A stretch of 11,300 bases of DNA from Bdellovibrionales bacterium (lineage in GTDB: Bacteria > Bdellovibrionota > Bdellovibrionia > Bdellovibrionales > UBA1609): assembly GCA_050246815.1 (NCBI GenBank), contig JBFWVI010000073.1, forward strand, positions 1-11,300, read 5' to 3'. This document shows positions 1-7,900 of this stretch, piece by piece. The stretch's first letter is position 1, and every line of letters begins with the position of its first letter. A model generated the notes under the pieces. It made no database searches. It had not been told where the DNA came from and saw nothing but the letters and a program-made list of their open reading frames with translations. Both the position numbers and the translations under genes were made by a program.

Positions 1-3000
1 AGCGTGGTTTGGCGCCAATACAACCCCAAAGGAGCTGTGATACAAAAAACCGGCATCTATTTGGATCCTTTGGAAGAGCTCAAAAGGGCCGCGGTCAACA
101 TCGATCCGGCCACTTACACGCGCTTCCTGCCCGGTGTGATCTTGACGGATGACGATCGTCCGCAAAATATTTCCGGTGCCCCGAAAATTCGCCGCAAAAA
201 GGCGCAAAGTGAATTTGCCGATAAGAAAAACTCTATTCGCATACATCAAGATATCAACATTGAAAAAAGCGGCATTCCTGAGCTGAAAATGACTTTTATT
301 CCCTTCATGTCTCCCTCAGCCGCCGGCAAGGTCGGCTTTAACCTCGCCATTTTCGCGGACGAAGAGCCTAAAGCCTTGGGCCGAAAAATTCTGCCCCTTT
401 TGCAAGAGGTTTATATACCAGTCGATTTTTCGCGCTTTCTGGGACTCAAGGTTGTACAAGGACGCCGTAAGCACTCAGACGAATTCGCATTGATGATCTT
501 TGTGTCCGAAAAAGATCAGGCTTCGATCAATGCGTCGCCCTTACGCGGCGGTTCAGGCGTTTACGTGCTGAATTTCCGCGTCAATCAACACGCTGCTGGC
601 CCGTTAATTCAGCTCTCTTTGCTAAACTCAGACAACAACGATGGGTTATGGTTGGCCCTGTCGCAGGTGTCGGGGGAACAAATCAAAAACCGCGTGACTT
701 ATGACGCTGATGGGCACCCGCTGTGGATCGAGACTCCGGAACTCGATAAAACAAATAAAAATTATCAAATTCGCTATCTTAATAGAAACAACGACAGGTC
801 GATGTATGTAAATCAAGGCCTCAGCCAAGTTCGCGTGCGTTGGGACGAAGGACTTGAAGATTCCTGGGATCTTCAATACAGCCGAAAAAGTCGCTGGATG
901 GTCGGTTACCGCTCAAACCTTGAGCAACGGATCAACGGCTTAGAAAAGTATCTGGAGGAGCAGAAGACGCTCGAAGAAACGCGCGCGAAAAAAGGCAAAA
1001 AAGCAGTCAATAAGCGTAACGAAGCCCTGTTCCCCGATTTGAACGATTACTTGGAGCATTTGGCAGCACAAGACAGCCCAAGGGAACACACCGTTTTGTT
1101 GGTCGAACCCGGTATGCTGACAAATTTGCGTATGCTGATCACTTCGCGTTTGCTTGAAAAACCTGAACAAAAGCATGCCTGGAACCTGGATAATTCAAAA
1201 TTTGGTTTTTACGTCTATGACCCCTCCTTCCCCATGGATGAAACCATGAACAACCTCAGCATGATTGGTCGCGGGAGTAATCGCGATGTGTTGTTTGTCG
1301 ATTTGGAGGTTGTTAAAGATCTTGAAGCCCAGGATTCGCCCAGGTCATACAATGACGCGGACGGGGATGGCAGCGAATCACAAAATCAGATCCTCCCTAA
1401 ATTGATGCGGGCGGATACACAAGACGTCGACAAAAACACTTCCGCAAACGCAAGCGGAGACCAGCAGCAAAATGAAAGAAAACGCTCCCCTGACGGTGCT
1501 GGGAATGATGAATCAAACGAAAGAGCTTTAAGGTTTGCCTACGCTCGCTTGGCGTACTTGGCAACGGAAGGTGATGTCGTCAACCTGCGGCGCTTTGAGC
1601 ATTCTCAGCCCACAAACCGCATACCGACCTTGATTTTAGCAACACCGGCGATGTGGAGAGAATACAAAAGCCGCTTTCCGCAAGAGGAAAAAGCAGGGGT
1701 CTTTAATCACTTCAAGGTGGACGCACGTTTCTTAACGGGTCCTTGGACAGTTTGGTCGCCAAAATCGGCACAAGCCAGTGCGGAAACCTTGCAGTACCAG
1801 CAAAGCGCCGCATCTAAAGATGAATACATGATCTTTAAAAATTTGGACCATATTCTTCAAGCTGCTGCGTCTTCTAAGGAGCCTGCAAAACATCAACTAT
1901 TAGTGGTTCCGGAAGAAATTAAGCCTTTGATCACCCGACTGATCATGACCCGATGGGCAACGGATATGCCCGAACTTGATGGTCCCTGGAGCTTCCGCAA
2001 CCGTGAGTTGGCTTTATTCCAATTGGGCGCTGCCGGAACTCAACAAGATCAAATCTTTGATAACTACGAGAGCATGCGGGGCTCTTTAGCATCCCGACGT
2101 CCCGTGCTTTTGGCTGATATGAGTGAGATTCTAAAAGCGGGGCGCGTGAGTGCTGCAAACATCGATGCGAGCTTCCGAGTGCGTGACCCTTTGATTTCGG
2201 CTCAACCCGCCAGCTCACTGCTGACCGAGATTGACAGCCAAAGCAAATCAAAAAAAGTTGAAGCCGACGCTCTTCAAAGTAATGGCGAAGTCGATGACAA
2301 CGACGCAGATGGCGAAGAGTCCGCAATGCGTAGCCAGCTACCCCATATGATCTGGTGGCTGGCAACAGAAGGTAAAAAAATTCAGCCTAAAAAAGCGAAG
2401 GGCTGGAGCTTGCGCGCAGAGGTGAAACCAGAAATTCCCACCTTGATTCTGACCACTGAAAAAGAGTTAGAAACTTTGGCGCAAGACGCATCGTTTGAAG
2501 CCCGCTTTATGAAGATCGAAGACACTTTTGCAGTGACTCGAATGGAGCGTCCGTCGGATCAAGACAAAGCTAGCTTCCTTGAAGATTTATTCCGTCGTCC
2601 TAATATCGCATCTTTGAATTACGAGTTTCGTCATAACGATCTGCCCTCTGACCAAGCCCGTAAACAATTGATCGGCCTGCTGATCGGTCAAGTTGAGCAA
2701 ATCGCACGCCAGCTCAAACTGGAACCGACTTACGCGTTCTTGAAAATCTATATTGCACTCAACAAGGCGTTAACCGAGGACGTCGAACTACGCCGCAGTC
2801 GATATGTGGACGCACCGTCTTTGTTTCGCTTGTTCGCGCGAGTCTTCCCATTGCCGTTGACCTATGAAATCTTACGCCCCGAAGATCCGCTGCAAAAACT
2901 GCGTGAGGCCGACCGTGCAAGCCGTGGTTTGGAAGAAGCTGGTTACAACGGCCCGATGGAACTGAAGACTCGTCACGTGCGCAATATCACATCCCACACC

Positions 3001-4974
3001 CGCGCCGCGGGCGACAGTTCGCGCCGTATACCAAGCTCGCAAGTGCTGATCGGTGAGCCCGGCACCGGCAAGACTTTCTTACTTGAAGTCACCGCCCGCT
3101 TTTTGGGACTAAAACTTTATGATTTCAACAAGCCGCACGAGGAAGATGCCGGCGCAATGTTCTTGCGTGTGATGGACTTGGTCGACGAGCCCGACCCCGC
3201 CCATCCTGAAAAAATGGATGTGAAAAAAGCCATCGAGCATATGAGTAACTTTTTAGCATTGCCAAATGGCTGGCGCGGAATGCTGGTGATCGATGACTTG
3301 CACAAAGCCGGCAGCGCAAAAATCTTAAGCCAGCTCATGTCCTTTATCCAGTCCTTGCAAGAGGCCCCTAGTGGCATCTACCGTGCGCGCCGCATGGCCG
3401 TTCAGGGCCAAACCGGTGAAGTAAAAGAGATTCCTGTTCGCAATATCATGTTGAACGTGACCCTGAATCCGACCAAGGATCGCGATTTACGAAAGCGCTT
3501 CTTAAGCGAATATGGCGAAAAAAATCCGGCACTTGAGGCCGTGGCTGCACTGACCCGCGACGGTTACACGGTTGAGGACTCCTTCTTTTCACGTTTTACA
3601 GATATTATAGACATGTCTCAATTCCCGCGCGAGGCGAAGGTGCCCGCCATCTTAAAAAACATCCGCGAAGCCAATGCCACTGAATACGCAACTCGCCCGC
3701 GAGTGGTACTGGTCAGCCCTTTGACCTTGAATCATCTGATGGATCAATTCCAAGCCGCGAACGCACGGGACTTGATCTCGCCGGCCACGTTCGCAATGCT
3801 GAATTTGACTAGCAACTTACGTAAAGCTCCACTTTATTTAATTGATCCGCAGACAAAAATTGGCGAAGCGGCGGCGCAAGACAGCACCCTCGCCGATCGC
3901 AAACCCGTTTGGAACAACTGGATGTCTGAATCGAAAAAAGTTGAACCTGGCCAAATCGAAGAGGCTTTACGCAGCCACACCGTTGTTCATGCCATAACCC
4001 AAGATGATGCTGTTTCGAAACTTCAGCTGCTTTCTTTTATGGCCGACAACTTCCGCGGCTCACTTTATTTCGCCCTGATCTTGGATGCCCAAAACTCGCC
4101 CTTGTTGACACACAGTTATGAGGCCCGCGCCAACAACCTGTTCTCGTTCTTGGCTGCAGTTATTGGCAACGTTGGCCAATTTCGCCGCCTGCCCTTAAAA
4201 GAAATGAACATCAAGCCCCAAGATTTGGGCGTGCGCGATCTAGACAACATCACAACGCTACAAACCGAAATCAAAAAACATGCTTCGAATGCCAGTATGC
4301 CCAAGATTCGTATACCTGTTGGGGTGGTTTTGGGGGCGCAAGTGGATCTATCCTCTTTCTTGGGCAACAAAGAACGCACCTTTTCGGAACGGCGTCGCTT
4401 GGACGTTATGGTTGAAACAACCGCTGAGGTTCAGACCGTCGTGGAAAAGCTCTTGGCCAAGGTTTACCACGTGGAAAACCTTAAAGACCTAACCAATCCG
4501 TTGAACTGGATCAACAGTCTTGATGAAACCGATCCGAAAGCCGCGTTTAAAGAGGCTTCCGGCGAGCTTTTCCGCATCTATCTTAAATTTGCACGCAGCC
4601 TTTATGACATGAACCTTGAAGAAGCTCGTAATAGCGAGGGCCTGTTGCAAATGCAAAGTTACGACGAGGCCCGCTTGTTCCTTTTGTGTGTCGACCGCGC
4701 CTTGACGCAGCTTCCTTGGTCTTACTTGACCCAATTCACATTGTCGGCGGCTCATTTGGCGGCCAGCGATCTGGCGATCGGTCAAAAAATCGGACTGCAG
4801 CACTTTTTATTCAAGAGCAACTTCTCGCCCCTTGCCACAGTAACGCCTGAATCCATTCTGACCAACACCCGCAGCATTTCGGCGCTGAAAGATTTGTCGA
4901 CGGAACGAGAAAACGCTTACCACACGCGTTTTGATACAAGTTGTGATCGGTTCTTGAAAACCACGGCCCAGTAG
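1..4974 (+). CDS. Giant divergent Clp/Hsp100-like AAA+ protein, probably 5'-partial: unknown N-terminal region, two degenerate NBD1-like repeats, one intact NBD2-like ATPase domain, helical C-terminal extension
   Basis: Frame +1 is open from base 1, so the GTG at 4 is probably not the true start. Stop TAG at 4972-4974. Walker A GEPGTGKT (3052-3075) and Walker B MLVIDDLH (3280-3303). Sensor-1-like IPVRNIMLNVTLN (cf. ClpB VDFRNTxxIMTSN), Arg-finger-like DSFFSRFTDII (cf. PEFLNRIDEII) and sensor-2-like NARDL (cf. GARPL). Upstream, TTEKELETLAQDASFEARFMKI resembles ClpB NBD1 [23 protein letters not shown]. Confidence 0.85.
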   Translation, partial: SVVWRQYNPKGAVIQKTGIYLDPLEELKRAAVNIDPATYTRFLPGVILTDDDRPQNISGAPKIRRKKAQSEFADKKNSIRIHQDINIEKSGIPELKMTFIPFMSPSAAGKVGFNLAIFADEEPKALGRKILPLLQEVYIPVDFSRFLGLKVVQGRRKHSDEFALMIFVSEKDQASINASPLRGGSGVYVLNFRVNQHAAGPLIQLSLLNSDNNDGLWLALSQVSGEQIKNRVTYDADGHPLWIETPELDKTNKNYQIRYLNRNNDRSMYVNQGLSQVRVRWDEGLEDSWDLQYSRKSRWMVGYRSNLEQRINGLEKYLEEQKTLEETRAKKGKKAVNKRNEALFPDLNDYLEHLAAQDSPREHTVLLVEPGMLTNLRMLITSRLLEKPEQKHAWNLDNSKFGFYVYDPSFPMDETMNNLSMIGRGSNRDVLFVDLEVVKDLEAQDSPRSYNDADGDGSESQNQILPKLMRADTQDVDKNTSANASGDQQQNERKRSPDGAGNDESNERALRFAYARLAYLATEGDVVNLRRFEHSQPTNRIPTLILATPAMWREYKSRFPQEEKAGVFNHFKVDARFLTGPWTVWSPKSAQASAETLQYQQSAASKDEYMIFKNLDHILQAAASSKEPAKHQLLVVPEEIKPLITRLIMTRWATDMPELDGPWSFRNRELALFQLGAAGTQQDQIFDNYESMRGSLASRRPVLLADMSEILKAGRVSAANIDASFRVRDPLISAQPASSLLTEIDSQSKSKKVEADALQSNGEVDDNDADGEESAMRSQLPHMIWWLATEGKKIQPKKAKGWSLRAEVKPEIPTLILTTEKELETLAQDASFEARFMKIEDTFAVTRMERPSDQDKASFLEDLFRRPNIASLNYEFRHNDLPSDQARKQLIGLLIGQVEQIARQLKLEPTYAFLKIYIALNKALTEDVELRRSRYVDAPSLFRLFARVFPLPLTYEILRPEDPLQKLREADRASRGLEEAGYNGPMELKTRHVRNITSHTRAAGDSSRRIPSSQVLIGEPGTGKTFLLEVTARFLGLKLYDFNKPHEEDAGAMFLRVMDLVDEPDPAHPEKMDVKKAIEHMSNFLALPNGWRGMLVIDDLHKAGSAKILSQLMSFIQSLQEAPSGIYRARRMAVQGQTGEVKEIPVRNIMLNVTLNPTKDRDLRKRFLSEYGEKNPALEAVAALTRDGYTVEDSFFSRFTDIIDMSQFPREAKVPAILKNIREANATEYATRPRVVLVSPLTLNHLMDQFQAANARDLISPATFAMLNLTSNLRKAPLYLIDPQTKIGEAAAQDSTLADRKPVWNNWMSESKKVEPGQIEEALRSHTVVHAITQDDAVSKLQLLSFMADNFRGSLYFALILDAQNSPLLTHSYEARANNLFSFLAAVIGNVGQFRRLPLKEMNIKPQDLGVRDLDNITTLQTEIKKHASNASMPKIRIPVGVVLGAQVDLSSFLGNKERTFSERRRLDVMVETTAEVQTVVEKLLAKVYHVENLKDLTNPLNWINSLDETDPKAAFKEASGELFRIYLKFARSLYDMNLEEARNSEGLLQMQSYDEARLFLLCVDRALTQLPWSYLTQFTLSAAHLAASDLAIGQKIGLQHFLFKSNFSPLATVTPESILTNTRSISALKDLSTERENAYHTRFDTSCDRFLKTTAQ
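1087..2520 (+). repeat. Intragenic tandem duplication (period about 267 aa) of a degenerate AAA+ NBD1-like module
   Basis: Paired motifs occur in the same order: HTVLLV (1087) / HQLLVV (1891); VLFVDL / VLLADM; NDADG (1351 / 2299); LATEG (1558-1572 / 2359-2373); IPTLIL (1621-1638 / 2434-2451). Most of the similarity is at protein level. Confidence 0.8.
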
Positions 4975-4980
4975 GAGGAG
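4974..4980 (+). promoter_or_regulatory. Shine-Dalgarno site of the SpoVR-YeaH gene overlapping the upstream stop codon (translational coupling)
   Basis: The sequence reads cagTAGGAGGAGtcgATG: AGGAGG overlaps the TAG at 4972-4974, and the ATG is at 4984, a 9-nt gap. Confidence 0.8.
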
Positions 4981-4983
4981 TCG

Positions 4984-7900
4984 ATGAGTAAATCTGTGCA
5001 TCTCATAATTGCGACCCTCTTTCTGGCAATGTTGAGTATGGATGTTTGGGCGACGGAAGATAAGGGAACGCCGATGCGGCTACGGCCTGTCGCAGATTGC
5101 GACCACATCTTGGGCGGCAAACAGTTTCGTGTGATTTTGAGCGGCAGCGAAAGCATGCCAGAAAAGAAAGAGCTCACTGAAGCCTTACACGATTTGCTGG
5201 CTGACGGCGGTTTGTTTGACCGCTTGGGAATAGATCGCCCCTATCAAACCATTCGCTTCATACCTGGTGGTGATCTAAATATCATCGGTGGACTAAATAA
5301 CATTCCCGTCGCGCACTGGAAAGATGGCGCGCAAGTGGCTAAGACCAGCAGCCGCGGTTTGCTTTATGAATTGGTGATTCCAGGAAAAACCGAACACCAT
5401 TCGTTCTACCGCGCCGACAATACCTTTGAAGAGCAACTGTCGATTTTGTTTCATGCTTTAGCGGGTCACGTTCATGTGGCCATGAATTCGCGTTTCAAAC
5501 ATGACTTGGATGCGGATCCTATCAACGAAGCCTATGCTTTGTCTGAGTACATGGATCAGCTTCGGCAAAGGGTCAGTGGCGACGCGGTTTCGCGTTGGTA
5601 TCAATACCTGTTGTCGTTTGACTATGCGCAGGACTTAATCAATGCCAACTACCAGACCCCCGACCAACTTAAAGTTGGCTCTCAAAGTGTAGATCCGTTC
5701 ACAAAAAAACCGATCAAAAATATAAACCCGACTTCAAATATTCTGCAGGCTTTCGTCGCCAATCTGCCCTCTGATATGCCGGACTGGCAAAAAGAGATGG
5801 CACGTCGCTTTGAGCGGCTGCGCCGCTACATTCCTGGCGCCGTGAAAACCAAAATTTTGCACGAGGGCTATTCGACCTTGATGCAAGAAATTTTGCCCAA
5901 ACACACCAAATACAGCACCTTCGAACACGGCATCAAATACTGCTGTTTATTGGCTGGCGTCGCCGCTCCGTCTATTCAAAATCCTTATTGGATCGGCACT
6001 GAGGCCTGGCGCAATATTTATAAGCGCTTTTTAAAGCGCCCCGAAATTGAAGCTCTCGCTTCATTGGAGGCAAAAGACAAAGCCTTTATCGCCTACGCCA
6101 AAAAAGAAGTCATCGGCAAGATGGACGATGCCATGTTCTTGCGTTTCGGTTTGGACGCCGACTGGGTGGCCCGCAACAACTTTGCTTTGACCCGTCCGTA
6201 TAAAGAAAACGAATACAATCCCTGGTATGATGATAAACTTACGCCGCCCGACCCACGGGATCCTAAGCGCAACTGGCCTTATACAATTTTGACTCGCGAT
6301 CCGGACAAAGTAATCGGCGCTTTGGTGTCGCAGTTGACGGGCTCGATTCGTTATCAGCACCCCAATGTGGAGTTGATTTCGATGAATGACCAAGGCTCGG
6401 GGCAGGTAGCCTTGGAATTGTCTGACTTGATTGGACGCTCAATCGCCTTGAATAAAGAATCTTTGGTTGAAACGTTGTACGTGATGGCCCAAATGCATCG
6501 CCGCCCGGTTTCGTTAGAAAGCACGTTTGATATTGACGTGGCCACGGCATACACGTTCGATGAAGATGAAGAGTCTGACCTGTTCGGTGGCTCAAGCTGG
6601 GGCCCGATGCCCCGCTGGCACCGACAGCAGCCGCTTTTAAAACGAAAAGCCCGTGTTAAAGTTGTGGTCACCCCAAAAGGTGAAGTGCAGGCCTTCGAAG
6701 TGAAACGCTCAGGTTCTTCGGCTCCGACCTCACTGCCCGACACCCGGGTCTTTTTTGATCCGTCCAAGCATACGCCAACGTACGAGCCGCTTCAGGAAAT
6801 TACGACCGAGCTGACCAAACTGTTGGATCGTTTTATCGTCAATCTGGACATCGAACAGCACGTCGCGGACAAAGACCTTTTGCAGGGCCGAAATGTGCTG
6901 CGCGCCCTGGATGCCGCAGTCGACGCCGCCGCCGAAGGCGCTTCGCATAGCTTGTCGATGGCCGTGCCGACTTCGAGTCGCGCCTTGATGGAGTACCTGA
7001 ACTTCTTGGGGCGTCGCCTGAACGCCTCGCTGAAGTACGCGATCCATGGCAAAGGCAAACTCATCCGCACAGCCCAAGGAGTTAAGATTTCGGCCTTGCC
7101 GAAAATCCCCTACTTCCATTTTGACCGTGAGTCGCTAAAGAAGCTGCAAGAAGAATCCAGTGTGATGCCCTTACCAACCGTTGAACTGCACAACCATATG
7201 CGCAGCTACACCTATCGAAATGTGTTTCGCCCGGAAGATTTAACAGACATCAATTCGGTTCCGGGAAATCCGGGTGACGTTCACTGGGGACCCAACCCCA
7301 AAAGCGGGCAAGGCGACGGCAGTGGTGATCAGCCTGGCGGTAAAGACGCTTCCGATGACGGCGGCAGCGTGCAGTTTGAAAATGTCAGCCTAGAAACTTA
7401 CGCGGAAGCCCTGGCTGAAGAAATAGAACTGCCTAACTTGCGCCCTAAAATCGGCCCTGTACAGAAAACCAGCGAAGAGATGCGTGGCAATCGCCGTCAG
7501 CAAACCGGGATCTCGGTTAAGCGTGAAATTTTGCGCAAAGCCTTTAAACGTGGCATGCCGACCCAGGAAGAGATGGAAGAAAATCCAGACGCTGTCATGG
7601 ACAACATGAATACGGTCAAGCGCGGATTAAGTCGCCTGCGACCTGAACGCGATTGGGTAGTCAAAGATTTTTCACCAATCCCTGATCCCGACATCAATGC
7701 GCTTGTGGTTTTTGAAATGGATATGTCAGGCAGTATGGAATTCGTGAAACGAGAGGCCAAACAAATGCTGTACGATTTGCGCGCGATCTTAATGCGCAAA
7801 TACAAAAAGGTGAAGTTCTTGTACGTGGTGTTCAATTCAGAAGCCACGATGTTCGAAGACCCCGAAAAGTTTTTTGCCTTTCAACCCAATGGCGGAACGG

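Noticed and set aside
1066..1344. Hexapeptide AQDSPR occurring twice in gene 1
   Set aside because: The two copies use different codons and are out of register with the 267-aa repeat. This is probably chance in polar linkers.
1..4974. Calling gene 1 prkA/yeaG, clpA or clpB
   Set aside because: I see no PrkA-type Walker A context (GPVGGGKS) or kinase region. It also lacks an active NBD1, the Clp N-domain and pore loops. No gene symbol is justified.
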